Counted from the stretch's first letter, positions 36,306 through 46,256 are shown. The stretch is DNA of 53,063 bases from Clostridiaceae bacterium (GCA_012520855.1 JAAYNO010000093.1:1-53063), one strand, 5' to 3'. A program made the numbers and translations. The notes: generated by a model from the sequence alone, not told the origin.

Positions 36306-37475
36306 TCAGTGATGGAACAGCCTTAATCCGGTAAAACACATAACAATTCCATATGTATTGCATGCCTTTATCACTTCATCATCCCTGACCGAACCGCCGG
36401 GCTGGGCTATATATTTAACATTGCTCATTGCGGCTCTGTCTATATTGTCCTTAAAAGGGAAAAAAGCATCGGAGGAGAAGGCAACTCCGGTAAAAGTATT
36501 AATCCAGTCCGCTTTTTCCTTAACTGTTAATCTCTCAGGAACAGTTTCAAAGAGCTTCTTCCACTCTTCAAGCTCCGCTTCGGTAATATCATCCCTAAGG
36601 TATAGATCTATAGCATTATCTTTAACAGGGTTTTTAAGACCTTCCTTAAATTTAAGCGAAAGAACCTTGGGATGCTGGCGAAGCATCCATGAATCGGCTT
36701 TGCCGGCGGCAAGTCTGGTGCAATGTATACGGGATTGCTGACCGGCTCCGCAGCCGATAACCTGTCCGTCATATGCAAAGCAAACAGAATTCGATTGTGT
36801 ATATTTCAAGGTTATTGTGGCAATGAGCAGATCTCTGATCCCTTCCTCCGGGATATCCTTGTTTTCGGACACTATGTTATTGAAGGTTTCTTTATTAATA
36901 GCAGCATTATTTCTTAATTGCTCCAGAGTAATTCCAAAAATATCGCGGCTTTCAATCACTTCAGGTACGTACTCTGGATCTATCTTCATTATTACATATC
37001 CGCCCTTTTTCTTTGCTCTGAGGATGGATAAGGCTTCCTCTTCGTAGCCGGGTGCGATGATACCGTCGGAAACCTCTTTGGAAAGAAGCCTTGCCGTATC
37101 AATATCTACAGTATCACTTACAGCAATAAAGTCTCCAAAGGATGAAACCCTGTCGGCTCCTCTCGCTCTTGCATATGCTGTTGCTACTGGCGAGATATTC
37201 AGCCCTTCAAGATGGTAAGCTTTTTTTAGTGTATCTCCCAATGGCACGGCTACAGCCGCCCCTGCCGGGCTTACATGTTTAAACGAGGTTGCGGCAGGTA
37301 AACCTGTCGCTTCCTTTAATTCTTTTACTAATTGCCATGCGTTAAGAGCATCGGCAAAGTTTATATAACTGGGGCTTCCGTTTAATATTTCTAACGGAAG
37401 CTCGCCGTTTTTGCTGTATATCCTTGCGGGCTTCTGATGCGGATTGCATCCGTATTTAATTGCCAATTCCTGCAT
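36306..37475 (-). CDS. purH: AICAR transformylase (stand-alone PurH C-terminal domain)
   Basis: KYGCNPHQKPA, FKHVSPAGAAV and IAPGYEEEAL match the AICARFT domain. No MGS/IMPCH domain is present. Start sits behind GGGAGGATGG. Confidence 0.8.
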   Translation of the reverse strand: MQELAIKYGCNPHQKPARIYSKNGELPLEILNGSPSYINFADALNAWQLVKELKEATGLPAATSFKHVSPAGAAVAVPLGDTLKKAYHLEGLNISPVATAYARARGADRVSSFGDFIAVSDTVDIDTARLLSKEVSDGIIAPGYEEEALSILRAKKKGGYVIMKIDPEYVPEVIESRDIFGITLEQLRNNAAINKETFNNIVSENKDIPEEGIRDLLIATITLKYTQSNSVCFAYDGQVIGCGAGQQSRIHCTRLAAGKADSWMLRQHPKVLSLKFKEGLKNPVKDNAIDLYLRDDITEAELEEWKKLFETVPERLTVKEKADWINTFTGVAFSSDAFFPFKDNIDRAAMSNVKYIAQPGGSVRDDEVIKACNTYGIVMCFTGLRLFHH

Positions 37476-37493
37476 AGTGATCCATCCTCCCAA

Positions 37494-38219
37494 TCAAATA
37501 TCACTGTAACGGTTCTTTATTTTAATATCCGCTTTTCCTGTTTTAATATCTATTGTCTTTGCCAGAATCGAAATCCTGTTGTCAGGGTCAAGCAGTTCCC
37601 AGTAATAGTTAAGCCCTTCGTCTATGCTGTTTGGAATAGGCACAATATATGGCTCTCCTGAAAATGAGGGCAAAACGGTGCCATCACTTTCATAAGTATG
37701 GATACAATGCCCAAATCCGGGAATAGGCTTTTCATAGTTAAAGAAGCTTCGTATGCATGTGGCCGGATCGCCGTTTTGAGTCTTCAATATGGCAAGTGTA
37801 TAAGCATTTTTCCCCTCAAGTTCCGTCAACCCGGTGATCCTTGGCGTATAATTCGGTTCGTCAGGCTCGAAGGTACGTGTCATTAATGCAGCCTCAAAAC
37901 TTTCGCCTGATTTCAGATAATCGTACACTGTATCGGTTTGGTCTCCGTTTGAAATGATGTGAAAATTTTCAAAACTCTTAAGGGGGTAGTAAATAATAAG
38001 TGATGGGTCGGTAAGCTTGCTGTCGTCATATGCCTTTGTTCTCACAAAGCCGTTTTCCTCAATAAAAATCCTGTTTCTGCTGTTTTCGCTTCTGCCCATG
38101 ATCCAGTAAATCTGAAAGAATTTTTTACCGTCCGCGGAAGCTCCAAGTACGATACCCCTTCCGGGATATTTATTTTTTTGAAGTTTTTCAGCGTTTTTTA
38201 TCGCAATTTGCTCTGGCAT
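37494..38219 (-). CDS. purO: IMP cyclohydrolase, PurO-type
   Basis: NKYPGRGIVLGASADGKKFFQIYWIMGRSENSRNRIF is characteristic of the PurO-like family. Lies immediately upstream of the AICARFT gene, with the stop adjacent to the next start. Confidence 0.7.
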   Translation of the reverse strand: MPEQIAIKNAEKLQKNKYPGRGIVLGASADGKKFFQIYWIMGRSENSRNRIFIEENGFVRTKAYDDSKLTDPSLIIYYPLKSFENFHIISNGDQTDTVYDYLKSGESFEAALMTRTFEPDEPNYTPRITGLTELEGKNAYTLAILKTQNGDPATCIRSFFNYEKPIPGFGHCIHTYESDGTVLPSFSGEPYIVPIPNSIDEGLNYYWELLDPDNRISILAKTIDIKTGKADIKIKNRYSDI

Positions 38220-38391
38220 ATGTTCTCCCTTCCCTGCTTAAAATGAAAACAGGCAAATAAAGTCCTATAAGGCTTTACATAGACTAAAACTGTATAATGA
38301 TCAAATTAATTTTACATGAATTGCCTTATAACAACAAGGGTTAAACACGACAATAATGATATGCTTTAAGTCTCTTGCATTATACAATTTT

Positions 38392-38940
38392 TCATTTCCT
38401 ATAAAGCATACCTTTGCTGATTTTATCTTTTATTTCCTCGCCTTTGATCATTTCCAGCAGTTTAAAAGAAAATTCAAAGGCTGTTCCCGGCCCTCTGGAA
38501 GTGATAAAGTTCTGATCAACAACTACATCTTCCTGCGATAATATCGCGCCTTTCAAATCTTCCTCACATCCGGGATAGCAGGTAGCTTTTATGCCCTTCA
38601 ACAACCCTAATCTCCCCGGTATTGTCGGTCCTGCACATATCGCAGCTATATTGCCTTTATTATCATTATGAGCTGTCAGAAGCTTTTTCAGAGACTCAGA
38701 TGCAAACAGCTCCTCAACACCTTTACCGCCGCCCGGCAATACTATCATATCGTCCGGTGCGATTTCGATTTTGTCAATTGTCGCATCGGCTACAACAGGA
38801 ATTTCTCTGGCGCTTACAACAATTTTATCATTCTTGATCGAAACTAATATGGTTTCAACCTCTCCCCGCCTCAGAACATCAACAACTGCCAGTGCTTCAA
38901 TTTCCTCAAAGCCATCAGCCATCATAACATATACTTTCAT
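38392..38940 (-). CDS. DJ-1/PfpI family protein
   Basis: 182 aa with nucleophile elbow IAAICAGP and VLPGG. Confidence 0.8.
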   Translation of the reverse strand: MKVYVMMADGFEEIEALAVVDVLRRGEVETILVSIKNDKIVVSAREIPVVADATIDKIEIAPDDMIVLPGGGKGVEELFASESLKKLLTAHNDNKGNIAAICAGPTIPGRLGLLKGIKATCYPGCEEDLKGAILSQEDVVVDQNFITSRGPGTAFEFSFKLLEMIKGEEIKDKISKGMLYRK

Positions 38941-39046
38941 GATATCTCCTCCTCTTTTTTATTATTATATCCCATAAGCAACAAACCTAAAAGACTGGTA
39001 TAATTAAATTAAGTACCACTAATAATCATAAAGGAGAATTGTTTTT

Positions 39047-39646
39047 ATGGCAAATAATAAGCTTAAGCTTACCAGAACAGGAAATAAGGAAAATACAGGC
39101 ATGCCCCAATACTCGCTAAGTTATAAGCAGGAAAAAGGACAATCGATTACTGATATCAGTTATGAGATATTAACAAGACTAAAAAAGGATAATGATGCAG
39201 TGATTGAAATAAACAGTTCTCTTACAATGAAGACAGGAGGAAACACTGATTTCCAGCCTGAAAAACTTCTTGCTGAGATCCGGGATCTGGATCTCGTATA
39301 TTCTTACAGAAAGGTTAAGGAGACTAAAAACCAGGGGTTCATCAATTCACTGTTTATGGGAAAAAAGCCTGGTGACAGTCATGAGATTTATGTATATATT
39401 CCAGGTAATATATGGAGCATAGATTTATTCAAAAGGATATCACCTTCTTTCGGGGTAAGATATTATATAATGAGAAAATCTGACGAGGGAAGTAATATCC
39501 TGGATGAAATGATACGTATGACGGACAATGAGAAAGCCGATCACTTTGAATATATTATATTTGATTTAACCGAATTGAAAAGAATGGGTATTATAAGTAA
39601 TAGACATAGTTTTGAAGACATTGAAAAAATCCTTGGAATAATGTAA
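39047..39646 (+). CDS. Hypothetical protein, no recognised family
   Basis: ORF with RBS AAAGGAG and an upstream TGGTATAAT extended -10. No motifs recognised. Confidence 0.45.
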   Translation: MANNKLKLTRTGNKENTGMPQYSLSYKQEKGQSITDISYEILTRLKKDNDAVIEINSSLTMKTGGNTDFQPEKLLAEIRDLDLVYSYRKVKETKNQGFINSLFMGKKPGDSHEIYVYIPGNIWSIDLFKRISPSFGVRYYIMRKSDEGSNILDEMIRMTDNEKADHFEYIIFDLTELKRMGIISNRHSFEDIEKILGIM

Positions 39647-39746
39647 TTTCCTGATATTCCTTATACACTTCTATTTTTGATAATATTATTGTATAATTAT
39701 ATATGAGGTAAGATTTCATCTTTGTCAGACGATTTATTTTAAGGAG

Positions 39747-40082
39747 ATGAAAGTTATGAGCCCGGCAATCAAAAACAGGTATTTTTCTGCGGTGATAAAG
39801 CTTATTATGTTTATCTGCCTTTCGGTAGTTACTATTTTTGTTTTATTTAAAGGCAATTTTATTGCCAGAGGAATTGTTTTTCTGCTTATTATTTCGGTTG
39901 GTCTGTTTTATATTTGGAAACGCAGACATCCAAAATCCACGGAATATGATGAAGTTGGATACTGGAGCGGACTTGATGACTTTGAACTGGGAATAGATTA
40001 TCATTGCTTCAATGATTTGGATATATCTGATGATGATCTTGATTTATTTCCCGGTGATTTCTATGACAGCAGACCTGTCTGA
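39747..40082 (+). CDS. Hypothetical small membrane protein with an acidic C-terminal tail
   Basis: RBS AAGGAG. Two TM helices, then the D/E-rich DDFELGIDYHCFNDLDISDDDLDLFPGDFYD. Confidence 0.4.
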   Translation: MKVMSPAIKNRYFSAVIKLIMFICLSVVTIFVLFKGNFIARGIVFLLIISVGLFYIWKRRHPKSTEYDEVGYWSGLDDFELGIDYHCFNDLDISDDDLDLFPGDFYDSRPV

Positions 40083-40186
40083 ATAACAATTTAACTAACA
40101 AAATTTTTACATACAAAGAGAGGCTTTTTCAAGCCCTCTTATTTTTCTGTGTATTAGTCTTCCTGCATCCATTAATAAAGATCATA

Positions 40187-40210
40187 AAGAGAGCCTTAAA
40201 CGGCTCTCTT
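40187..40210 (-). terminator. Hairpin downstream of rplL
   Basis: AAGAGAGCC TTAAAC GGCTCTCTT: a perfect 9 bp stem with a weak U-tail. Confidence 0.4.
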
Positions 40211-40243
40211 ATAGTTTGTGAAAGCTTTTACACGCGGCATCAA

Positions 40244-40636
40244 TTATTTTATTTCTACAACTGCGCCAACTTCCTTGAACTTATCGGCGATAGCTGTAGC
40301 TTCTTCTTTGGACAAGCCTTCCTTTATCGTATTTGGAACATTTTCCGTAACTTCCTTTGCTTCCTTGAGTCCAAGAGAAGTGATCTCACGAACAACCTTG
40401 ATAACCTTGATCTTCTCAGATCCTGTTTCCTTAAGAATGACTGAAAATTCTGTCTGCTCTTCTGCAGGTCCGGCTGCAGGTCCGGCTGCGGGTCCGGCTG
40501 CTACAGCAACGGGAGCTGCGGATACGCCGAATTCTTCTTCAATAGCTTTTACGAGATCTCTAAGCTCAAGAATGGTTAAAGTTTTGATTTCTTCAATGAA
40601 CTTTGTAATTTTTTCACTCATTTTAATATCCTCCAT
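40244..40636 (-). CDS. rplL: 50S ribosomal protein L7/L12
   Basis: N-terminal dimerisation helix, Ala/Pro hinge, and a C-terminal domain [19 protein letters not shown]...VEIK. Confidence 0.95.
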   Translation of the reverse strand: MEDIKMSEKITKFIEEIKTLTILELRDLVKAIEEEFGVSAAPVAVAAGPAAGPAAGPAEEQTEFSVILKETGSEKIKVIKVVREITSLGLKEAKEVTENVPNTIKEGLSKEEATAIADKFKEVGAVVEIK

Positions 40637-40668
40637 TACATTAATTTAAACTCTTATTCAAAATAAAA

Positions 40669-41178
40669 CTAGGCGTTTTCAGCCTGTTCCTGCTTCTCAG
40701 CAATAGCATCGAGAGCAATGGCAAGACCATAAAGCGAACTTTGCAGACTTCCGATAAGTCTTCCCAAAAGCTCTTCTTTTGATGGTGTGGAAGCTAATTC
40801 CTTTATGCCATCAATATCAATTATGTTTCCTTCGGCCATGCCGCCCTTGATCTCAAGTTTGTTAAAATCTTTGGCAAACTTCGCCAGCACTTTTGATGGG
40901 GCTACAGGATCGGTCGTGCTGATAGCAACGGCTGTCGGTCCTGTAAGATACTTTCCAAGTCCTGCTAAATCACTGTCTTTGATTGCAAAGCTGATAATTG
41001 AGTTTTTTATTACCTTATATTCAACATCCGCCTCGCGCAATTCTTTTCTAAGCTTTGTGTCCTGGTCAACCGTAAGCCCTCTGTAATCAGCGAGAACAAT
41101 TGACTTTGCATTTTTCAGCTTTTGTGCCAGTTCGTCAACCAATGCCTTTTTATGTTTAAGAATCTTTTCACTGGGCAT
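40669..41178 (-). CDS. rplJ: 50S ribosomal protein L10
   Basis: MPSEKILKHKKALVDELAQKLKNAKSIVLADYRGLTV. RBS GGAGGTG. The track ORF carries a spurious 25-aa extension. Confidence 0.9.
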   Translation of the reverse strand: MPSEKILKHKKALVDELAQKLKNAKSIVLADYRGLTVDQDTKLRKELREADVEYKVIKNSIISFAIKDSDLAGLGKYLTGPTAVAISTTDPVAPSKVLAKFAKDFNKLEIKGGMAEGNIIDIDGIKELASTPSKEELLGRLIGSLQSSLYGLAIALDAIAEKQEQAENA

Positions 41179-41373
41179 TAAGCGCACCTCCTTAGTTATA
41201 ATGAAAAACCCTTTCATGATCCAACTATAGACAATGAAAGGGTATAATACCATTCAAAGATAACCTCGGCAGGATGATCTACGTTATATCCCTTAACAGC
41301 TATAATGGGATTCCTGCTGTCTACAGTCAGATATGCAATTACTACATGGGGTATTCTACAGTATCAGATATAA
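41179..41373 (-). promoter_or_regulatory. rplJL (L10) leader with an attenuator hairpin
   Basis: Minus strand: CCCTTTCAT-15 nt-ATGAAAGGG then TTTTT, just 5' of the RBS (41204..41242). A further GCAGGA/TCCTGC helix lies upstream. The position matches the known L10(L12)4 autoregulatory leader of Firmicutes. Confidence 0.55.
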
Positions 41374-42069
41374 TTAGTCAAGAGCTTTTTGCTGATTGAT
41401 CTTGATACCGGGACCCATGGTTGATGTTACTGTTATGCTCTTAAGATACTGACCTTTGGCTGCGGCTGGCTTAGCCTTAACAACAGCCTCAAGAAGGGTA
41501 TGGAAATTATCATGGAGTTTTTCGGTTCCAAAGGATACCTTGCCGATAGGGCAGTGAATTATGTTCGTCTTATCAAGACGATATTCGATCTTACCTGCTT
41601 TAATATCAGCTATAGCTTTAGCTATGTCCATGGTCACAGTTCCGGCCTTTGGGTTTGGCATAAGGCCTTTTGGACCTAATACGCGGCCTAAACGGCCAAC
41701 AATACCCATCATATCAGGAGTTGCAACAACCACATCAAAATCAAACCAGTTTTCTTTTTGGATCTTCGTTACAAGATCTTCTGCGCCAACAAAATCTGCA
41801 CCATTCTGTTCAGCCTCGGTAGCTTTTTCGCCCTTGGCAAAAACAAGAACTCTGACAGTTTTACCTGTACCATGGGGCAGAACTACCGCGCCTCTCACCT
41901 GTTGATCAGCGTGACGCGAGTCAACACCCAGCTTTATATGGGCTTCAACAGTCTCATCAAACTTAGCCGGTGCAGTTTTTTGTACTAATTCCAGAGCTTC
42001 TGCCGGCTCGTACAGTTTTGTTCTATCAACGAGCTTCAGGCTCTCAAGATATTTTTTGCCTCTCTTCAT
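41374..42069 (-). CDS. rplA: 50S ribosomal protein L1
   Basis: MKRGKKYLE..., [14 protein letters not shown] and VLPHGTGK. Confidence 0.95.
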   Translation of the reverse strand: MKRGKKYLESLKLVDRTKLYEPAEALELVQKTAPAKFDETVEAHIKLGVDSRHADQQVRGAVVLPHGTGKTVRVLVFAKGEKATEAEQNGADFVGAEDLVTKIQKENWFDFDVVVATPDMMGIVGRLGRVLGPKGLMPNPKAGTVTMDIAKAIADIKAGKIEYRLDKTNIIHCPIGKVSFGTEKLHDNFHTLLEAVVKAKPAAAKGQYLKSITVTSTMGPGIKINQQKALD

Positions 42070-42131
42070 TTCATTTCACTCCTTTGTGGTAAAACATTAG
42101 CGGGAAATTTCCCTCCCACATATCGGGGCTT

Positions 42132-42557
42132 TCAGTCTTCAACTACAACGCCCATGCTTCTTGCGGTACCGGCGATTATACTCATAGCGGATTCGATATT
42201 TGCCGCATTGAGATCGACCATTTTCATTTCAGCAATCTTTTTCACATCTTCTTTGGAAATTTTAGCTACCTTTTCTCTGTTAGGCACTGCAGATCCGCTT
42301 TCGATTTTACAGGCCTTCTTTATAAGAACGGCAGCCGGCGGAGTCTTTGTGATAAAAGAAAAAGAACGATCGCTGTAAACTGTTATAACGACCGGAATAA
42401 CCAACCCAGCATCCTTTGCCGTTCTTTCATTGAACTCCTTGCAGAATCCCATGATATTAACGCCATGCTGGCCGAGGGCTGGTCCAACCGGTGGAGCAGG
42501 AGTTGCTTTTCCTGCATTGAGCTGTAATTTTATATAGCCCAAAACTTTTTTTGCCAT
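42132..42557 (-). CDS. rplK: 50S ribosomal protein L11
   Basis: [33 protein letters not shown]. Confidence 0.95.
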   Translation of the reverse strand: MAKKVLGYIKLQLNAGKATPAPPVGPALGQHGVNIMGFCKEFNERTAKDAGLVIPVVITVYSDRSFSFITKTPPAAVLIKKACKIESGSAVPNREKVAKISKEDVKKIAEMKMVDLNAANIESAMSIIAGTARSMGVVVED

Positions 42558-42642
42558 TATAGTCCACCTCCCAGTATTCTATCCTGATAATCCATCAGGA
42601 ATCTATTTCAAACCAACTTAGTTTAATTGGCCGAAAACTAAA

Positions 42643-43161
42643 TTAAAGCTTAATGATCTGAACAAAATCAAGCTCGACCGGTGTCTCTCTTCCAAACATG
42701 GAAACCATAACACGAACCTTTTTCTTGTCAAGGCTGATTTCTTCAACAGTTCCGATGAAGTTTTCGAGAGGCCCGTCTATAACGCGAACGCTGTCGCCCA
42801 CCTCATAATCTACAACTGTCTCGAATTGCTCCACGCCCATCATTCTTACTTCATCGTCAGACAATGGGACCGGCTTCGAGCCCGGACCGACAAATCCGGT
42901 CACACCACGGGTATTCCTGACAACGTACCATGAATCATCCGTCATTATCATCTTCACAAGCACATAACCAGGAAAAACCTTTTTAAGGGTGGCCTTCTTC
43001 TTGCCATCCTTGATTTCGATTTGCTCTTCCATAGGAACAACAACATCAAGAATAAATTCCTGCATTTTTCTGTTTTCAACAATCTTTTCTATATTGGCCT
43101 TCACCTTATTCTCATAACCGGAATAGGTGTGCACAACATACCATTTGGCTTCCTCTGTCAT
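42643..43161 (-). CDS. nusG: Transcription termination/antitermination factor NusG
   Basis: KWYVVHTYSGYENKV (NGN domain) and a C-terminal KOW (GDSVRVIDGPLENFIGTV). Confidence 0.95.
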   Translation of the reverse strand: MTEEAKWYVVHTYSGYENKVKANIEKIVENRKMQEFILDVVVPMEEQIEIKDGKKKATLKKVFPGYVLVKMIMTDDSWYVVRNTRGVTGFVGPGSKPVPLSDDEVRMMGVEQFETVVDYEVGDSVRVIDGPLENFIGTVEEISLDKKKVRVMVSMFGRETPVELDFVQIIKL

Positions 43162-43202
43162 ACTTACTAAAGCGGAAACTTATGTTCCGCCCTCCTTTTG
43201 GC

Positions 43203-43412
43203 TTACTGTCCGAAAACAGCTTTAAATATAAGACCCAGTCCGGCATCGGCGATCCAAATAATTCCGCCGATAAAAAGGCAGGCAACAAATACAGTCAGAG
43301 TGTTGTTTATCAACTGCTGCTTCGTTGGCCATATTACCTTTTTCATTTCCAGGCGGACTTCTTTAAAGAACTTGCCCGCACGTTGTCCGAATCTTTCTTT
43401 TTTTTCACTCAT
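43203..43412 (-). CDS. secE: Preprotein translocase subunit SecE
   Basis: 69 aa. KFFKEVRLEMKKVIWPTKQQL followed by a single TM helix. Confidence 0.85.
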   Translation of the reverse strand: MSEKKERFGQRAGKFFKEVRLEMKKVIWPTKQQLINNTLTVFVACLFIGGIIWIADAGLGLIFKAVFGQ

Positions 43413-43449
43413 TTTGAAAACTCCCCATTATTTTTTATTAACAGGTAAA

Positions 43450-43599
43450 CTATTTAGTTTCCTTATGGGCTGTGTGTTTGCGGCAGAACCTGCAGTACTT
43501 GTTCATTTCAAGTCTGTCAGGATCGTTCTTCTTATTCTTTTTTGTATCATAATTTCTCTGCTTGCACTCACTGCAAGCCATGGTGATTCTGACTCTCAT
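43450..43599 (-). CDS. rpmG: 50S ribosomal protein L33
   Basis: Not in the ORF track (49 aa). Hand translation: [49 protein letters not shown], with two CxxC pairs. Confidence 0.9.
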   Translation of the reverse strand: MRVRITMACSECKQRNYDTKKNKKNDPDRLEMNKYCRFCRKHTAHKETK

Positions 43600-43815
43600 C
43601 TTGAACACTCCTATGCCAATTGCTCATATTTTACGCATAAAAAAAGCGCTTGCAAAGCAATAAAAATATTATCACACAGACAATCCAAAGTCAAGTATCA
43701 GGACAAAAAAACCTGGCAAACCAGGGGGACGGTTCTTCTGGTTTATTAGCCTATCCCTTGTCAATCGGTAACCCGGAGAACCGTCCGAAACTGCTGAAAA
43801 AGTTGTTTCTTAGAT

Positions 43816-43924
43816 GTCATTACTTATCAAAGAACATACTTTGTATGTTCCAGGCGAAGAATCTTATTAGCTGATTATGCGGGTTTTAAGATTCTTCATT
43901 CCGCTTTGCTCCATTCAGAATGAC
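43816..43924. repeat. Palindromic intergenic element (GTCATT...GAAGAATCTT-loop-AAGATTCTTC...CAGAATGAC), copy 1
   Basis: Perfect 10 bp core inverted repeat at 43856..43865 / 43888..43897. The 37-nt right arm is about 86 percent identical to the copy at 49477..49513. Confidence 0.55.
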
Positions 43925-43993
43925 AAAACCCGGACTTTTTCAGTAGTTTCGAACCGTCTCCTTGGTTTACCTGGTTTACCCCCTGATTTAGAA

Positions 43994-44941
43994 TCAAGCC
44001 TTCTTAAGCAAAGCTTTTTGTTTTCTTTCCTTCCATACCAGCCAAAGAGGAGACGCAATAAAAACAGTTGAATAAACCCCGGTAATAACGCCCAACAGCA
44101 GGGAAAAACTGAAGTTATACAGCGAATCAATATTATTGGTGGCTGATAAAATAAAAAGAGCAACGATACAAATCAATGTAGTCGTCAACGTATTTATTGA
44201 GCGGGACAGAGATTGATGAATACTTACATTGACAATACTGCCCAAATCAGATTTTTGCATGATCCTGGTATTCTCGCGGATCCTGTCATAAATAATAACG
44301 GTATCGTTAATTGAATAACCGATCACTGTCAGGACTGTTGCTATAAAAATATCATTTAAAGGCAATCCCAATACAATGTAAACGCCAAACATAACTCCGA
44401 CGTCATGAAATAGAGCCAGTATAGCGCATACTGCGGCAGAGAAACCGCTCAATATGCTGAATCTCCACGCAACATAAAACAGAATAAGAGTTACGGAAAT
44501 AGCGACAGCCAGAATACCTTTTTGAAGGGCTTCCTTTCCTACCGTTGCGGTAATATTGATGTTCTCATTTTTAGGACTGTTTAAAACAAGATTAAAATTC
44601 TGTGATAAAACCTCTTTTACTCTATCTTCCTCTTCTGCGGTCAAAGGGTCATTCCCGGTTATATCAAGCCTTAACATCATTACTTTATTGTCTTCGGCAT
44701 CACCGCCATAGGTCTCCATCACGCTGGCGTTAATCTCCCTTCCGATAGCCTCTTTAACCAAGTCGGCTGCCTGGTTGGGATTTACTTCGCCGACAGTCTC
44801 AATCATTAGTCTTGAGCCGCCCTTAAAGTTTATATCAAGAACAATACCTTTTACCGTCAGCATGATTCCGAAGAAAACGAATAATAAAATGCTGAAAGCA
44901 AATGCATACTTTCTGTTTTTTACAAAATCATACTTCTTCAA
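43994..44941 (-). CDS. secF: Protein translocase subunit SecF
   Basis: 315 aa with six TM segments. Motifs GIDFxGG-like DINFKGGS and HDVGVMFGVY. Confidence 0.9.
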   Translation of the reverse strand: MKKYDFVKNRKYAFAFSILLFVFFGIMLTVKGIVLDINFKGGSRLMIETVGEVNPNQAADLVKEAIGREINASVMETYGGDAEDNKVMMLRLDITGNDPLTAEEEDRVKEVLSQNFNLVLNSPKNENINITATVGKEALQKGILAVAISVTLILFYVAWRFSILSGFSAAVCAILALFHDVGVMFGVYIVLGLPLNDIFIATVLTVIGYSINDTVIIYDRIRENTRIMQKSDLGSIVNVSIHQSLSRSINTLTTTLICIVALFILSATNNIDSLYNFSFSLLLGVITGVYSTVFIASPLWLVWKERKQKALLKKA

Positions 44942-46256
44942 TTTGCTTCACTCCTTTCACGCCAAAGAGCCATTTATTCCTTGAAAATCTAAACGCGGAA
45001 ATCCCCTGAAGCATCATCTTTGAAGCAGTGACAGCAGAGAAGAAGCTGAACAGCGTTCCAAAGAACAAAGTAACACCAAAGCCCCTGACAGGACCTGAGC
45101 CCATGATATAAAGAACAACAGCGGTTATTATTGTAGTGACATTCGAGTCCAGAATTGCCACAAATGCTCTTTTAAAGCCTGCATCAATAGATGCTCTTAA
45201 GGATTTACCATCTCTTAATTCCTCTTTTATTCTTTCAAAGATAACTATATTACCGTCTATACTCATACCGATCGAGAGTATAATACCTCCGATACCCGGA
45301 AGCGTCACCGATATGTTAAAATTTGCAAGAGTAAGTATCTGAAGAGCCAACAGACCAGATAAAGCAACTACAGCTATAAGACCCGGAAGCCTGTAATAAA
45401 GCAACATAAATATACAGACCAAAATAAATGAGATAATCCCTGCCTTCACAGCTACATCCAGCGCACCTTTCCCGAGCTGGGCACTGATCGAATCAACCTT
45501 GACCGGTTCAAGTTTGGTGGGCAGAGCACCAAAGCGGATCTTATCGGCCAAAGCCTTCGCTGTTTCAAAGGTAAAGTTGCCGGTAATAGATGCTTCGGTA
45601 GAGGTTATCTGTGAATCTACCCTGGGAGCTGAGATGCAAATATCATCGATAAATATGGCTATTATCTTTCCGATATTCTCTTTGGTAGCTTTTGAGAATG
45701 CTTCCACACCCGATGGTTTAAGCTCAAGCAGAACAAAATATTGCCCGTTTTGATCCTGATATGCCCGCGCTGTTTTTATATGCTCGCCTGACAGAACCAC
45801 TCTTCCGGTTGGAACAAGTTCTTCAGGAGCTTTATAAAAATCTTCATCATTTACTTCCTGGAATGTAAGGGCTCCGGTACTGCCCAACTCATCAAGGGCT
45901 TTTCTCGGATCAAATTCAGTTTCATTGGCTGCCCAGGGTATATCAATAACCAGGCGGTTATTTGTAGAGTCGATTTGTATGTTCTTATCATAAATACCCT
46001 GTGCGTCCAGCCTGTCCTCTATGATTCTCAGTGATGCCGATAAATCCTCGGCTATATCGCGTCCCTCAGACCCATTAGGATACACAGGCTCTAAAATAGC
46101 GCTTATACCACCCCTGATATCTATGCCTGTACGTAATTCATTAACACCTTTGATTATTCTGGATTCTGGAGATCCCAGACCTGTAAAAGCAAGCAAACAA
46201 ATGATTGCGATTATCAGGACGATAAAAAAAAGCTTAAAAGTCCTGTTATCGTTCAT
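44928..46256 (-). CDS. secD: Protein translocase subunit SecD
   Basis: 442 aa with a large periplasmic P1 loop, then TM bundle YYRLPGLIAVVAL and IFERIKEE. Overlaps secF by 14 nt. Confidence 0.9.
   Translation of the reverse strand: MNDNRTFKLFFIVLIIAIICLLAFTGLGSPESRIIKGVNELRTGIDIRGGISAILEPVYPNGSEGRDIAEDLSASLRIIEDRLDAQGIYDKNIQIDSTNNRLVIDIPWAANETEFDPRKALDELGSTGALTFQEVNDEDFYKAPEELVPTGRVVLSGEHIKTARAYQDQNGQYFVLLELKPSGVEAFSKATKENIGKIIAIFIDDICISAPRVDSQITSTEASITGNFTFETAKALADKIRFGALPTKLEPVKVDSISAQLGKGALDVAVKAGIISFILVCIFMLLYYRLPGLIAVVALSGLLALQILTLANFNISVTLPGIGGIILSIGMSIDGNIVIFERIKEELRDGKSLRASIDAGFKRAFVAILDSNVTTIITAVVLYIMGSGPVRGFGVTLFFGTLFSFFSAVTASKMMLQGISAFRFSRNKWLFGVKGVKQIEEV

Noticed and set aside
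38220-38391. Expected purine or ZTP riboswitch upstream of purO/purH
   Set aside because: Both strands were read. There is no GGGUCGUGA...CCGCCUGGGC (ZTP) core and no purine-riboswitch junction core. Only an extended -10 like TGTATAAT and AT-rich sequence are present.
40218-40649. 143-aa plus-strand ORF with an [12 protein letters not shown] stretch
   Set aside because: It is the exact antisense shadow of rplL. The repeat is the mirror of the L7/L12 hinge.
43198-43749. 183-aa plus-strand ORF (and 43182..43448 +) spanning secE and rpmG
   Set aside because: It is antisense to two highly conserved genes (SecE, L33) and the promoter region between them. It shows no homology signal and has no RBS.
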